This document shows, piece by piece, positions 1 to 10,569 of a stretch of 32,000 bases of DNA. The notes under the pieces are model-generated. The model was given only the letters and a program-made list of their open reading frames with translations. It had not been told where the DNA came from and ran no database searches. This stretch comes from Aliivibrio fischeri ES114. GTDB lineage: Bacteria; Pseudomonadota; Gammaproteobacteria; Enterobacterales; Vibrionaceae. The translations under genes were made by a program, and so were the position numbers. How positions within the stretch are numbered: the first letter of the stretch is position 1; each line of letters starts with the position of its first letter. The stretch lies in the NCBI RefSeq assembly GCF_000011805.1, contig NC_006840.2; one strand, written 5' to 3'.

Positions 1-606
1 ACCATTACATAGTGCGTTATTTTTAAAGTATCCATAGGTGCCAGAGACTGAGTTTCGACCAAATAGTTGAATTCGATGTTTTGCCCAACTGGTATGTATC
101 CCAAGCTCTTGCCAGCGGCTGATCGACTTTAAAGCACCACAACGCAAAGTGGCAGAAAAGATAGCATCAAGCTGAGAAAAATTGAGTCCTTTAATTGGGT
201 TATCCTGATGAACAAAAATTCCGAGGGCATCAATTGCGACTCGGATTTCAGTTGGAGGATAACCAAATTGTCTTTCAAATGCGGCTTTTTCACTTTGCCG
301 CATTTTTCGGCTCATGGGTCCAAATTGCGCAGTACTTTCAATAAGAGCTGGCGCTGCGGTCGAAGAACCTGATGCTTGAATTTGTATATGAACTCTAGGG
401 TAAATACGTTGAAAATCTTCAGCCCATAGCGTCATCATATTTGCTAACGTATCAGAACCAATTGAAGATAAATTGCCAGAAATACCCGACACTCTCTCAT
501 AAGGAGCAAGTGTCCCCTCATCAGCTAAACCATTATTTGCAAAGCACAACCAAAGTAATCCTACAGGGAAGAATCCCTTAAACCACTTTATAATTCTACT
601 TTGCAT
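1..606 (-). CDS. pstS: PstS-family periplasmic phosphate-binding protein, N-terminal ~202 codons (3' end runs off the window start)
   Basis: Hand translation from ATG at 606: [31 protein letters not shown]...[53 protein letters not shown]... Signal peptide plus GSDT/SGSS/SR motifs typical of PstS. Starts 23 nt downstream of phoR. Absent from the ORF track because no stop lies in the window. Confidence 0.6.
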   Translation of the reverse strand, partial: MQSRIIKWFKGFFPVGLLWLCFANNGLADEGTLAPYERVSGISGNLSSIGSDTLANMMTLWAEDFQRIYPRVHIQIQASGSSTAAPALIESTAQFGPMSRKMRQSEKAAFERQFGYPPTEIRVAIDALGIFVHQDNPIKGLNFSQLDAIFSATLRCGALKSISRWQELGIHTSWAKHRIQLFGRNSVSGTYGYFKNNALCNG

Positions 607-629
607 ATTAATCATGATTCTGTACTTAC

Positions 630-1925
630 TTAAAGAATGAGTTTTTTAGGTAATGTAAATGAGAAAGTACTGCCTTTTCCTAACTTACTTTTTATTTCAA
701 GCTGAGAGTCATGATGACTAAGCGCATGCTTAACAATTGCTAGCCCTAATCCACTACCACCCGTTTCTCTAGAACGTGCTTTATCTACACGATAGAAACG
801 TTCCGTCAAACGAGGAATATGTTGCGGCTCTATCCCTTGTCCACTATCGGTAACTTTTAGCTCAGCACCACTGAATGTTGATTGCCAATCAACAATAATT
901 TCAGCACCATCTGTTGTGTGTTTTACGGCGTTATACACTAAATTTGAAATAGCACTACGTAATTGATCTTCATCACCTTTAACTTTGAGATTATGATCAA
1001 CATTAAAGGTGATTTTATGATTTCTTTCGCCGCTTAGCGCTACGGCTTCTTTCTCTAAAATATCCAACATTGAAGGAACATCTACACGATCTTCTAGCAT
1101 TGATGTTGCTGCTGCTTCTATTTTAGATAAAGTTAATAGTTGTTCGACTAAGCCTTCCATACGAGACAACTGCTCAGTCATTACACCATGCGCACGATTC
1201 CACATAGGTCCAACTAACATGTCAGGATCTTCCGACATTTCCAAATAACCGCGAAGAACCGTCATTGGTGTACGTAATTCATGAGATACGTTAGCAAAGA
1301 AGTTACGACGCATGCCTTCAAGTTGCTTAATTTGAGAAACGTCACGTACCACCATTAGATATTCACCATCACTGTATGGTGCAATACGTATTTCTAACGT
1401 TTTATCACTATTGATTGGTGATTTCATATCCAATGGAAAATCAAAATGTTGACCCATCAAATACTGCACAAAATCAGGCGTTCTAATTAAATTAGTGATC
1501 GGTTGACCAGAATCATCAGGCCAACGAAAACCAAGAAGAGATTGTGCTAATGTGTTACACCAAACGATATTTCCTTCGTGGCGAAAAACCACTACCGCAT
1601 CTGGTAAGGCTTCTGCACCTTGACGGAATCGACGGATCAAACCAGATAACTCTTTGCGACGCTTCTTATGTCTTTTTTGCAGACGATACGTCTCATCAAA
1701 AATAGGTTCCCAACTACCAGATGCTGATGGAGGTGTCGCCTTTCGGCCTTCATGTAACCAACGTGACATCTTAATTTGGTTATGAAGATGCCAAATTAAT
1801 AAAATAAAGGAGGCAAGGAACAGCAATGGCCATAGCGCATCAAATAGATACCCTACAATAACCCAAGGAACATAGAAAAAAACCAATTCTCCAATCAATT
1901 TTTTCCATGAAAGACGCTCAACCAT
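630..1925 (-). CDS. phoR: Phosphate regulon sensor histidine kinase PhoR
   Basis: 431 aa. N-terminal TM segments, H-box SHELRTPMT, and ATP-binding boxes ([18 protein letters not shown]). Directly downstream of phoB. Confidence 0.9.
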   Translation of the reverse strand: MVERLSWKKLIGELVFFYVPWVIVGYLFDALWPLLFLASFILLIWHLHNQIKMSRWLHEGRKATPPSASGSWEPIFDETYRLQKRHKKRRKELSGLIRRFRQGAEALPDAVVVFRHEGNIVWCNTLAQSLLGFRWPDDSGQPITNLIRTPDFVQYLMGQHFDFPLDMKSPINSDKTLEIRIAPYSDGEYLMVVRDVSQIKQLEGMRRNFFANVSHELRTPMTVLRGYLEMSEDPDMLVGPMWNRAHGVMTEQLSRMEGLVEQLLTLSKIEAAATSMLEDRVDVPSMLDILEKEAVALSGERNHKITFNVDHNLKVKGDEDQLRSAISNLVYNAVKHTTDGAEIIVDWQSTFSGAELKVTDSGQGIEPQHIPRLTERFYRVDKARSRETGGSGLGLAIVKHALSHHDSQLEIKSKLGKGSTFSFTLPKKLIL

Positions 1926-1951
1926 TACCTTTATACCTTACAATAATTAAA

Positions 1952-2644
1952 TTATGACGCTTGTACAGAGAAGCGATAGCCCGCACCACGAACCGTTTGA
2001 ACTAAACGATCATGACCTTCTACTTCCAACGCTTTACGTAAACGACGAATATGAACATCTACCGTTCTATCTTCTACATACACATTCGTGCCCCATACGT
2101 TATTTAATAACTGTTCACGACTGTATACACGTTCTTGGTGTGTCATAAAGAAATGCAGCATTTTAAACTCAGTCGGTCCCATATCTAGCGGCTTATCATT
2201 TGCCGTCACACGATGAGATACAGGATCAAGTTTAAGACCTTGTACATCAATCAGCTCTTCGATTGATGTTGGAGAGACACGACGAATTACCGCTTTTAAA
2301 CGTGCCATTAATTCCTTTGGTGAAAATGGTTTGGTGATGTAATCATCCGCGCCCACTTCTAGGCCACGAACCTTGTCTTCTTCTTCACCGCGAGCGGTTA
2401 ACATGACCACAGGGATCTTTTTTGTAAACTCATCACGCTTAAGGTGTTTTATTAAATTAATGCCTGAACCACCAGGTAGCATCCAATCTAGCAAGATTAG
2501 ATCAGGATAAGGTTCACAAAGTAGGGATAGCGCAGAGTCATAATCTTCTGCTTCGATAGGTTCATAACCTTTTTGCTCTAGTACAAAACACAACATTTCA
2601 CGAATTGGTGCTTCATCTTCTACAACAAGGATCCTTCTAGCCAT
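1952..2644 (-). CDS. phoB: Phosphate regulon response regulator PhoB
   Basis: 230 aa. Receiver domain ([17 protein letters not shown]) plus OmpR-type winged helix ([20 protein letters not shown]). Confidence 0.92.
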   Translation of the reverse strand: MARRILVVEDEAPIREMLCFVLEQKGYEPIEAEDYDSALSLLCEPYPDLILLDWMLPGGSGINLIKHLKRDEFTKKIPVVMLTARGEEEDKVRGLEVGADDYITKPFSPKELMARLKAVIRRVSPTSIEELIDVQGLKLDPVSHRVTANDKPLDMGPTEFKMLHFFMTHQERVYSREQLLNNVWGTNVYVEDRTVDVHIRRLRKALEVEGHDRLVQTVRGAGYRFSVQAS

Positions 2645-2697
2645 TCTCTTTTACCTAAGTTAACCAACAAAAATTGTGAAGCTATTATTAAAGCTAA

Positions 2698-2717
2698 TTA
2701 TGACACTTTTGTGACTA
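2698..2717 (-). promoter_or_regulatory. Putative Pho box upstream of phoB
   Basis: Minus strand reads TAGTCACAAAAGTGTCATAA, two direct CTGTCAT-like 7-mers with 11-bp phasing. An AT-rich -10 region (TTTAAT/TAATAAT) follows, ~55 nt upstream of the phoB ATG. Confidence 0.5.
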
Positions 2718-2855
2718 TTGAAAAGAAAAGTTCATATTCTATGCAATGAAAAGTCACTTCATAGGGATTTATTTAAGATCCTAAAAACTCTACAAGCATA
2801 ATTGTTCAAAATTTCATATCATAGGCACACTAAAAAAAGATAGGAATTCAGCATC

Positions 2856-3770
2856 ATGATGTGGTTTAAAAATTGTTTAATTTATCGTTTTACTAAAGAG
2901 ATTGACCTCAATCCAGAACAACTTGAAAAACAACTGAACGATTTTCGTTTCACGCCATGTGGCAGCCAAGATATGCAAAAATTTGGCTGGGTGACAGCAA
3001 TGGGCCGACACGGTGATATGCTGACTCACGTAGCAAGCAATAATATTCTTATCTGTGCCAAGAAAGAAGAAAAAATGCTTCCTGCATCTGTCATTAAAGA
3101 GTCAATGAATGCAAAAATTGATGCGCTTGAAGCAGAACAAGGTCGCCCACTAAAGAAAAAAGAAAAAGACGCAATTAAAGACGATATCGTGGTTGATTTG
3201 CTTCCTCGCGCATTCAGCAAACACCAACAAACGTATGCGTTAATCCTCCCTGAATCTGGCTTTATCATTGTCGATGCTGGCAGTTACAAAAAAGCAGAAG
3301 ACGTTTTAGCACTACTTCGTAAATCTATTGGTAGTCTACCTGTTGTTCCTCTAACATCGACTCAACCAATTGAGAATGCATTAACGGAATGGGTGAAAAC
3401 AGGCACTTGCCCTCAAGGCTTTGAAATGGGTGAAGAAGCCGAACTAAAAGCAATTTTAGAAGATGGCGGCGTGATCCGTTGTAAACAACAAGAACTTGTA
3501 TGTGATGAGATCCATGCTCACATTGATGCGAACAAAGTAGTTACAAAATTAGCGCTAACTTGGCAAGAACGTTTAGAGTTTATCCTTGCCGATGACCTGT
3601 CTCTAAAACGTTTAAAATTCAGCGATGAAATTAAAGATCAAAACGAAGATATTGGTTTTGAAGACAAAGCTGCACGCTTTGATGCAGATTTCTCTCTAAT
3701 GAGTTCTGAGCTTGATGCACTTCTACCTGATCTTTTCAAAGCACTTGGTGGCATTGAAGAGAAAGAGTAA
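2856..3770 (+). CDS. rdgC: Recombination-associated protein RdgC
   Basis: 304 aa. The N-terminus M(M)[10 protein letters not shown] matches the RdgC signature start (E. coli MLWFKNLMVYRL). The true start may be the second ATG at 2859. Confidence 0.88.
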   Translation: MMWFKNCLIYRFTKEIDLNPEQLEKQLNDFRFTPCGSQDMQKFGWVTAMGRHGDMLTHVASNNILICAKKEEKMLPASVIKESMNAKIDALEAEQGRPLKKKEKDAIKDDIVVDLLPRAFSKHQQTYALILPESGFIIVDAGSYKKAEDVLALLRKSIGSLPVVPLTSTQPIENALTEWVKTGTCPQGFEMGEEAELKAILEDGGVIRCKQQELVCDEIHAHIDANKVVTKLALTWQERLEFILADDLSLKRLKFSDEIKDQNEDIGFEDKAARFDADFSLMSSELDALLPDLFKALGGIEEKE

Positions 3771-3778
3771 AAGCAGGG

Positions 3779-3820
3779 TTCAGGTCGGATCGCAAGCGAA
3801 GCGACCTGAAACCTTTCTTT
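3779..3820 (+). terminator. Intrinsic terminator after rdgC
   Basis: 9-bp stem TTCAGGTCG (3779-3787) / CGACCTGAA (3802-3810) followed by a T-rich tract. Confidence 0.55.
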
Positions 3821-3924
3821 ATACCCTAGCACTTCCCTCACTTTCCATGTAAAATCCGGCCTCCTTCATATCTTCAGTGATATGAACTGACTTGAGATCA
3901 GAATACTAAAATTGGGAAGCAATC

Positions 3925-5313
3925 ATGTTTAAACCAGAACTACTTTCGCCTGCGGGCAGCCTTAAAAATATGCGTTACGCGTTTGCCTACGGTGCAGATG
4001 CAGTATATGCAGGCCAACCACGTTACAGCCTTCGTGTTCGTAACAACGAATTCAACCATGAAAATCTGCAAATCGGTATTAACGAAGCACACGCGCAAGG
4101 TAAGAAACTGTATGTGGTATGTAATATCCAACCACATAACTCAAAGTTAAAAACCTTCATTCGTGACTTAAAACCAATCGTAGATATGGGTCCTGATGCC
4201 CTAATCATGTCAGATCCTGGTTTAATCATGATGGTTCGTGAAGCTTTCCCTGATGTAGTTATCCACTTATCAGTTCAAGCTAACGCTGTAAACTGGGCTA
4301 CGGTTAAGTTCTGGGCTAGCCAAGGTGTTGAGCGTGTGATCTTATCTCGTGAATTATCACTAGAAGAAATTGAAGAGATCCGTGAACACTGCCCTGATAC
4401 TGAATTAGAAATTTTCGTACACGGTGCATTATGCATGGCGTACTCAGGTCGTTGTCTGCTATCTGGTTACATGAACAAGCGTGACCCTAACCAAGGTACA
4501 TGTACTAATGCATGTCGCTGGGAATACAAAACAGAAGCAGCAAAAGAAGACGAAAATGGTCAAATCGTTGAAGCTAATCCAACAGGTGTTGAGATCCAAG
4601 ACGTTGAAGTTCAAAACGAACGTCCAGACAACACTCTAGGCTTAGGTAAACCAACAGACGAAGTAGTTCTTCTTTCTGAATCTCACCGTCCTGAAGAGAA
4701 AATGGCTGCATTTGAAGATGAGCATGGTACTTACATCATGAACTCTAAAGATCTTCGTGCAATCCAACACGTTGAGCGTCTAACTAAAATGGGTGTTCAC
4801 TCTCTTAAAATTGAAGGTCGTACTAAGTCTTTCTACTACTGTGCTCGTACTGCTCAAGTTTACCGTAAAGCGATTGATGATGCCGTTGCAGGTAAACCAT
4901 TTGATGAAAGCCTAATGGGTACGCTAGAAAGCCTAGCTCACCGTGGCTACACAGAAGGTTTCCTACGTCGTCACACACACGATGCATACCAAAACTACGA
5001 TTACGGTTACTCTATCTCTGACTCTCAACAATTCGTCGGTGAATTCACAGGTAAACGTCGTGGTGATTTAGCTGAAGTTGATGTTAAGAATAAATTCCTA
5101 TTAGGTGACTCTGTTGAGATCATGACACCACAAGGTAACCTAACACTGACTCTAGATGTAATGGAAAACCGTAAGAGTGAAGCGGTTGAAGAAGCAAAAG
5201 GCAATGGCCACTTTGTTTTAATTCCAGTACCTGCAAATGTGGATCTAGAATACGGTCTTCTAATGCGTAACTTACACACGGGTGAAGATACTCGTAATCC
5301 ACACGGCAAGTAA
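3925..5313 (+). CDS. yegQ: Peptidase U32 family protein YegQ (tRNA hydroxylation TrhP-type)
   Basis: 462 aa. Near-colinear with remembered E. coli YegQ (MFKPELLSPAG.LKNMRYAFAYGADAVYAGQPRYSLRVRNNEFNHENL...RNPHGK). Confidence 0.9.
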   Translation: MFKPELLSPAGSLKNMRYAFAYGADAVYAGQPRYSLRVRNNEFNHENLQIGINEAHAQGKKLYVVCNIQPHNSKLKTFIRDLKPIVDMGPDALIMSDPGLIMMVREAFPDVVIHLSVQANAVNWATVKFWASQGVERVILSRELSLEEIEEIREHCPDTELEIFVHGALCMAYSGRCLLSGYMNKRDPNQGTCTNACRWEYKTEAAKEDENGQIVEANPTGVEIQDVEVQNERPDNTLGLGKPTDEVVLLSESHRPEEKMAAFEDEHGTYIMNSKDLRAIQHVERLTKMGVHSLKIEGRTKSFYYCARTAQVYRKAIDDAVAGKPFDESLMGTLESLAHRGYTEGFLRRHTHDAYQNYDYGYSISDSQQFVGEFTGKRRGDLAEVDVKNKFLLGDSVEIMTPQGNLTLTLDVMENRKSEAVEEAKGNGHFVLIPVPANVDLEYGLLMRNLHTGEDTRNPHGK

Positions 5314-5316
5314 GTA

Positions 5317-5571
5317 ATGGCGTTATTGATCAATAAAAAATGCATTAACTGCGATATGTGTGAACCTGAGTGTCCAAATGAGGCAATCAGTATGGGTGAT
5401 GAGATTTACGAAATTAATCCAGACCTTTGTACTGAATGTAAAGGCCACTACGATGCGCCAACGTGTCAGTCAGTTTGCCCTATCAGTAACTGCGTTATTT
5501 CAGATCCAGATAATGTAGAAACAGATGAAGAGTTATTAGAAAAATTCGTTAAGATCCAAGGTCTAGCGTAA
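5317..5571 (+). CDS. yfhL: YfhL-type 4Fe-4S dicluster ferredoxin
   Basis: 84 aa. MALLI.KKCINCDMCEPECPNEAISMGD.IYEIN with two CxxCxxCxxxCP-type cluster motifs. Starts 3 nt after yegQ. Confidence 0.88.
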   Translation: MALLINKKCINCDMCEPECPNEAISMGDEIYEINPDLCTECKGHYDAPTCQSVCPISNCVISDPDNVETDEELLEKFVKIQGLA

Positions 5572-5595
5572 AGTAATCATCTCTTCTGAACCAAA

Positions 5596-5636
5596 TAAAA
5601 ATGCCCAGCGATATCACTATCTCTGGGCATTTTTCT
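5596..5636. terminator. Bidirectional intrinsic terminator between convergent yfhL and the 5653-6747 gene
   Basis: Stem ATGCCCAG (5601-5608) / CTGGGCAT (5623-5630), flanked by an A-run upstream and TTTTT downstream. Confidence 0.7.
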
Positions 5637-5652
5637 ATCAGGCTTACAGAGC

Positions 5653-6747
5653 TTACTTTTTCACAAGGCCGTATGGCTTACTAATGAATATTTGGGGTTG
5701 ATTTTGAATCGTTGGTGCAGCATTAGGTGTCTGCCAATCCAGTAACATAATCGCTAATACGTTCCTATGCTCACCCTCTTTAAGATTAATGCTGTTCGAC
5801 GTTGATGGCACCATGTTCTTTTCACGATTAATCGCATTTTGAATGTGCTTTTGTGTTTTATAGACCACAGGATCATCTTCTAACCCTGCAAGTAAAAAAG
5901 TAATACCAACTTCAGCAATAATATCTTCTTTCGCTCTTTTTAAAATCGTATCGGCATTTTTACGCAGATAATCGTATATCCATTGATGATCGGACTCTTT
6001 AATTGGATGCTGATAATACTGAGAATCAGCTAATAAGATATGAGTTAATCCATAAATCTTATTGCCAAATTGCTGATCAGATAGTTGCTCATCTTGAGCA
6101 TCAGGATAAGTTAATCGAAACGCATCAACAAACTCATTCACCACATCTTGCTCACCGAGTTGACGTAGCCAATATACTTGATTAGCTAACTGAGCAGCCC
6201 ACGCTTTAATCATCGCGGGATCTGTTGCGTATTTTTTAAAATCGTAACGACGAATAATTTCTCTCAGCTGTTTATCATTCTTATGCTTCAATCCATACTC
6301 ATCCGCTCTGGCCATAGAACCCAGTAAATCGACACCTAAGTATAAATATTCCGGCATCACTTTAGTTGCGTTATAACGCAAAACACTTCGCTCATCCATA
6401 TCATCAATATACGTGCTTAATCGTTTTTTAGCATAGGCTTGGATTTGCTCTGGTGTATGAACTTCTGAAGAAAATTGATTCAAACGACTTGCGACACGAG
6501 CCATATCTGACCAAATAGCAGCGGTATATTTTGGATCCATGGTTTGACGGTACATACGCAACCCATAATGACCCGATTTAAAAGCCGGTAATGTATAGAG
6601 TTGAGTCTCATAGGTATAGCGGATTGAAGTGGCATCTTGAGCAAAACTAGGGACGGTTTTACCACCTTCCATGATTTCAGCATTTACAAATGTTGAACTC
6701 AACAGCACCAACATACATAAATAAATCGTTCTTTTGAATAACGTCAT
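5653..6747 (-). CDS. Secreted hypothetical protein (unknown function)
   Basis: Start moved to ATG 6747, preceded by AAAGAGGGA SD. This gives MTLFKRTIYLCMLVLLSSTFVNA, a cleavable signal peptide. I recognise no catalytic motif. Confidence 0.7.
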   Translation of the reverse strand: MTLFKRTIYLCMLVLLSSTFVNAEIMEGGKTVPSFAQDATSIRYTYETQLYTLPAFKSGHYGLRMYRQTMDPKYTAAIWSDMARVASRLNQFSSEVHTPEQIQAYAKKRLSTYIDDMDERSVLRYNATKVMPEYLYLGVDLLGSMARADEYGLKHKNDKQLREIIRRYDFKKYATDPAMIKAWAAQLANQVYWLRQLGEQDVVNEFVDAFRLTYPDAQDEQLSDQQFGNKIYGLTHILLADSQYYQHPIKESDHQWIYDYLRKNADTILKRAKEDIIAEVGITFLLAGLEDDPVVYKTQKHIQNAINREKNMVPSTSNSINLKEGEHRNVLAIMLLDWQTPNAAPTIQNQPQIFISKPYGLVKK

Positions 6748-6860
6748 ATATCCCTCTTTATTCAATTCCACCATAACTTACTGGTTAGATATTAAGCTAA
6801 AGAGAACAAAAATAGTCAATTGGGTGTCAAAGAATTGAGACGTTAATTAATAGTAAGTAT

Positions 6861-6902
6861 AAAAAAAGAGCAATGATACTGACTAGCATCATTGCTCTTT
6901 TT
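6861..6902 (-). terminator. Intrinsic terminator after dnaJ
   Basis: 11-bp stem AGAGCAATGAT (6868-6878) / ATCATTGCTCT (6888-6898). The minus strand then reads TTTTTTT. Confidence 0.8.
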
Positions 6903-6924
6903 AGTATTTAACTAATAAACTGAA

Positions 6925-8064
6925 TTATTTAGTTAAATCATCAAAGAAGTTTTTCACTCCAGATAAGAAGCCTTCTGATTTTGGATTATGCTTTTTCGCA
7001 TCTTTACCATCAAAAGATTCTTGGAACTCTTGCAGTAATTCTTTTTGACGTTTAGTTAACTTAACTGGCGTTTCAACAATAAGTTTAACGATTAAATCAC
7101 CAGCACTGTGTGTACGAACGCCTTTAACGCCCTTACCACGCATACGGAACATACGTCCTGTTTGCGTTTCTAGTGGCACTTTTAAGCTTACGCGACCATC
7201 AAGAGTAGGAACTTCAACTTCACCACCTAATGCAGCCATCGTAAAGCTTACAGGTACTTCACAGTATAAGTTGTTACCGTCACGCTCAAAAATATTGTGC
7301 TCTTTTACGTGAACTTGTACGTATAGATCACCTGCTGGAGCGCCATGCTCTCCCGCTTCACCTTCGCCAGATAGACGAATACGATCACCTGTATCAACGC
7401 CAGATGGGATCTTAACGTTAAGTGTTTTCGTTTTGTGTACTCGACCTTCACCATGACATGAATTACATGGGTCTTTAATGATCTTGCCTTTACCGTGACA
7501 CGTTGGACATGCTTGTTGTACAGCAAAGAAGCCTTGACGCATCTGAACTTGGCCTTGACCGTGACAAGTACTACATGTTGTAGATGATGTGCCTTTCTTA
7601 GCACCTGTACCTTCACATGGATCACACGAGACTAAAGTCGGTACTTCAATTTCTTTATCACACCCACGACCCGCTTCTTCTAAAGTCAGTTCCATGTTGT
7701 AACGTAAATCAGAACCACGCTGTGCACGTTGCTGGCCACCACGGCGACCACCACCGAAGATATCACCAAATACATCACCGAAGATATCACCAAAATCTGC
7801 ACCGCCGCCACCAAAGCCGCCGCCGCCCATACCACCTTGTTCAAAGGCTGCATGGCCATATTGATCATAAGCTGAACGTTTTTGAGCATCAGTTAAGATT
7901 TCATATGCAACTTTAACTTCTTTAAACTTCTCAGCAGCTGTATCGTCTCCCTGATTGCGGTCAGGGTGGAACTTCATTGCTAAGCGCTTATAGGCTTTCT
8001 TAATATCACGCTCTGAAGCATCACGGCTTACGCCCAACACTTCATAAAAATCACGTTTAGACAT
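6925..8064 (-). CDS. dnaJ: Molecular chaperone DnaJ (Hsp40)
   Basis: J-domain [12 protein letters not shown]...KFHPDRN, a G/F-rich linker, and four CxxCxGxG zinc-finger repeats. The ORF-track start at 8115 adds 17 non-homologous residues, so ATG 8064 is preferred. Confidence 0.93.
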   Translation of the reverse strand: MSKRDFYEVLGVSRDASERDIKKAYKRLAMKFHPDRNQGDDTAAEKFKEVKVAYEILTDAQKRSAYDQYGHAAFEQGGMGGGGFGGGGADFGDIFGDVFGDIFGGGRRGGQQRAQRGSDLRYNMELTLEEAGRGCDKEIEVPTLVSCDPCEGTGAKKGTSSTTCSTCHGQGQVQMRQGFFAVQQACPTCHGKGKIIKDPCNSCHGEGRVHKTKTLNVKIPSGVDTGDRIRLSGEGEAGEHGAPAGDLYVQVHVKEHNIFERDGNNLYCEVPVSFTMAALGGEVEVPTLDGRVSLKVPLETQTGRMFRMRGKGVKGVRTHSAGDLIVKLIVETPVKLTKRQKELLQEFQESFDGKDAKKHNPKSEGFLSGVKNFFDDLTK

Positions 8065-8120
8065 GCTTTGGTCACCAATTCTTTTGATACCGCCGGTTAC
8101 AAGCACCATCGGCATGAGTT

Positions 8121-8166
8121 CAATCTAGATAATCAGGTTCAGGTTCGAGAATGATTATCTAGATTG
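8121..8166. repeat. 46-bp palindromic element in the dnaK-dnaJ spacer (15-bp perfect arms)
   Basis: CAATCTAGATAATCA (8121-8135) / TGATTATCTAGATTG (8152-8166). The loop GGTTCAGGTTCGAGAA carries the AACCTGAAC motif shared with the 16638-16834 element. Confidence 0.75.
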
Positions 8167-8240
8167 ACCTAATAATATATCAACCTAAACAAGTACCAAC
8201 TCATTCTTGCTTGTTAGATATTCAGGTTGATATTACAAAC

Positions 8241-8274
8241 TTGCGGGCGGTAGAGAAAACTCCAACGCCCGCAA
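8241..8274 (-). other. GC-rich hairpin in the dnaK-dnaJ spacer (possible partial terminator or attenuator)
   Basis: 9-bp stem TTGCGGGCG (8241-8249) / CGCCCGCAA (8266-8274). Only a weak U-tract follows on the minus strand. Confidence 0.35.
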
Positions 8275-8444
8275 TATATTTTCCATTCGAAGCATTCAAG
8301 ATATAGGGCTTTTGCTCTTTTCTTAAATAGCTAAGGCAATGATTTCTTTAAGCTAGAAGTGTTAAGTTCAAGGAGAAAGCACGGAGTTTACGTTAGTAAA
8401 TGAGTACTTTCGACGCAGGAATTAACCCTTCTAGCGACAAGAAA

Positions 8445-10349
8445 TTACTTGTCTTTTACTTCTTCGAATTCAGCGTCTACTACATCGTCATCTTGCTTAG
8501 GTTGCTCACCTGCGTCAGCACCTTGTTGTGCTTGAGCTTTCTGTTGAGCAATTTCCATTAGCTTTTGCGCTGCTTGCATTAGCTCTTGAGTTTTCGCATC
8601 AATCGCTTCTTTGTCGTTACCAGATTTAACTTCTTCTAACGCTTTGATTGCTGCTTCAATTTTCTCTTTTTCATCAGCTGGAAGTGCATCACCTGCTTCT
8701 TCGATTTGCTTTTGAGTACCGTGAATCATTTGGTCTGCTTGGTTACGTGCTGTTACTAGCTCTTCGAACTTTTTGTCCGCGTCTTTGTTAGCTTCAGCTT
8801 CTTGTACCATTGCTTCGATTTCTTCGTCAGTTAGACCGCCTGAAGCTTGGATTGTGATCTTCTGCTCTTTACCTGTAGCTTTATCTTTTGCTGATACGTT
8901 TAGGATACCATCTGCATCTAGGTCGAATGTTACTTCGATTTGTGGCATACCACGTGGTGCAGGTTGGATACCTTCTAGGTTAAATTGACCTAGAGACTTG
9001 TTGTAAGTCGCTTGCTTACGCTCACCTTGAAGTACGTGAATAGTTACCGCACTTTGGTTGTCTTCAGCAGTTGAGAACGTTTGATCCGCTTTTGTTGGGA
9101 TTGTTGTGTTCTTCTCGATTAGCTTAGTCATCACGCCACCCATCGTTTCGATACCGAAAGATAGAGGAGTAACGTCTAGAAGTAGAACGTCTTTAACGTC
9201 ACCAGCTAGTACACCACCTTGAACTGCAGCACCCATTGCTACTGCTTCATCAGGGTTTACGTCACGACGAGCTTCTTTACCGAAGAACTCAGCAACTTTA
9301 GCTTGAACCATAGGCATACGAGTTTGACCACCAACTAGGATAACGTCAGTGATTTCGTCTACTGATAGGTCAGCATCTGCTAGAGCTACTTTTAGAGGCT
9401 CAAGAGAACGCAATACTAAGTCTTCAACTAGAGATTCTAGTTTTGCACGAGTAACTTTAACGTTCATGTGCTTAGGACCAGTTGCATCAGCAGTAACGTA
9501 AGGTAGGTTTACGTCAGTTTGTTGTGCAGAAGAAAGCTCGATTTTTGCTTTTTCAGCAGCTTCTTTAACACGTTGCATCGCAAGAGGATCGTTCTTAAGG
9601 TTGATGCCTTGCTCTTTTTCAAACTCAGATACTAAGTAGTTGATTAGACGGTTATCAAAGTCTTCACCACCTAGGTGTGTGTCACCGTTAGTTGCAAGAA
9701 CTTCGAACGTTTGCTCGCCATCAACATTGTCAATTTCGATGATAGAGATATCGAATGTACCACCACCAAGGTCGTAAACAGCGATAGTGCGATCGCCACC
9801 TTTTTTGTCTAGACCGTAAGCTAGTGCCGCTGCTGTTGGTTCGTTGATGATACGTTTAACATCAAGACCTGCAATACGACCAGCATCTTTAGTTGCTTGA
9901 CGTTGAGCATCGTTAAAGTAAGCAGGAACAGTAACAACTGCACCAGTTACTTCTTCGCCTAGGAAGTCTTCAGCTGTTTTCTTCATTTTCTTAAGAACTT
10001 CAGCAGATACTTGAGGAGCAGCCATTTTTTGGCCTTTCGCTTCTACCCATGCATCACCGTTGTCAGCTTTAACGATTTTGAATGGCATGATTTCGATATC
10101 ACGCTGTACTTCTTCATCTTCAAAACGACGACCGATAAGACGCTTAATAGCAAATAACGTGTTTTGCGGGTTAGTTACCGCTTGACGTTTAGCTGGTTGA
10201 CCTACAAGAGTTTCGCCATCTGTGTATGCAATTACCGATGCCGTTGTACGTTCACCTTCTGCGTTCTCCAAAACACGTGGCGTATCGCCATCAAGAACAG
10301 CAACACAAGAGTTAGTAGTACCTAAGTCAATACCAATGATCTTACCCAT
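8445..10349 (-). CDS. dnaK: Molecular chaperone DnaK (Hsp70)
   Basis: 634 aa with Hsp70 signatures [25 protein letters not shown] and [11 protein letters not shown]. Confidence 0.97.
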   Translation of the reverse strand: MGKIIGIDLGTTNSCVAVLDGDTPRVLENAEGERTTASVIAYTDGETLVGQPAKRQAVTNPQNTLFAIKRLIGRRFEDEEVQRDIEIMPFKIVKADNGDAWVEAKGQKMAAPQVSAEVLKKMKKTAEDFLGEEVTGAVVTVPAYFNDAQRQATKDAGRIAGLDVKRIINEPTAAALAYGLDKKGGDRTIAVYDLGGGTFDISIIEIDNVDGEQTFEVLATNGDTHLGGEDFDNRLINYLVSEFEKEQGINLKNDPLAMQRVKEAAEKAKIELSSAQQTDVNLPYVTADATGPKHMNVKVTRAKLESLVEDLVLRSLEPLKVALADADLSVDEITDVILVGGQTRMPMVQAKVAEFFGKEARRDVNPDEAVAMGAAVQGGVLAGDVKDVLLLDVTPLSFGIETMGGVMTKLIEKNTTIPTKADQTFSTAEDNQSAVTIHVLQGERKQATYNKSLGQFNLEGIQPAPRGMPQIEVTFDLDADGILNVSAKDKATGKEQKITIQASGGLTDEEIEAMVQEAEANKDADKKFEELVTARNQADQMIHGTQKQIEEAGDALPADEKEKIEAAIKALEEVKSGNDKEAIDAKTQELMQAAQKLMEIAQQKAQAQQGADAGEQPKQDDDVVDAEFEEVKDK

Positions 10350-10441
10350 CAGGTTATCTCCAAATTTATCTATTCAAACTTACCCAAAACAACTTGAGTA
10401 AGGGTTGGGAGTGAATCCCATAATTCATTCTATGACTAATT

Positions 10442-10470
10442 AATAAGGGCGCTAAATCACAATTCAAGGG
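10442..10470 (-). promoter_or_regulatory. sigma32 heat-shock promoter of dnaK
   Basis: Minus strand: CCCTTGAA - 13 nt - CCCTTATT. This matches the CTTGAA-N13-15-CCCCATnT consensus and lies ~95 nt upstream of the dnaK ATG. Confidence 0.7.
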
Positions 10471-10508
10471 ATGAAATAAAAAAAATTCAATTTTATTTCC
10501 ATCTGAAC

Positions 10509-10536
10509 AAAAAAAAGCCTAACAATCATGTCAGGC
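10509..10536 (-). terminator. Intrinsic terminator after the 10570-11529 gene
   Basis: Minus strand: GCCTGACA-TGAT-TGTTAGGC, an 8-bp stem with one G-U pair, followed by T8. Confidence 0.75.
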
Positions 10537-10569
10537 TCAATCATTCTAGATATTTTCAGTTCATATTAA

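Noticed and set aside
7305-7916. Overlapping ORFs of 106, 99 and 67 aa within dnaJ
   Set aside because: These are alternative frames of the Gly/Cys-repeat region of dnaJ. The His/Arg/Val-rich nonsense translations contrast with a dnaJ frame that carries all canonical motifs.
6925-8115. Extended ORF-track starts: dnaJ 8115, smpB GTG 16865, ant-like TTG 18546, i-spanin 30718, endolysin TTG 31288, and 6774 for the secreted protein
   Set aside because: The upstream extensions add non-homologous residues. Internal ATGs with better RBS, or matching the family N-termini, were preferred, and coordinates were adjusted in the feature list.
10393-10424. sigma32-like CTTGAGT-N17-CCCATAAT on the plus strand in the dnaK upstream region
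   Set aside because: It points away from dnaK toward the 3' end of a minus-strand gene, and the spacing is at the long extreme. The minus-strand promoter at 10442-10470 is the convincing one.
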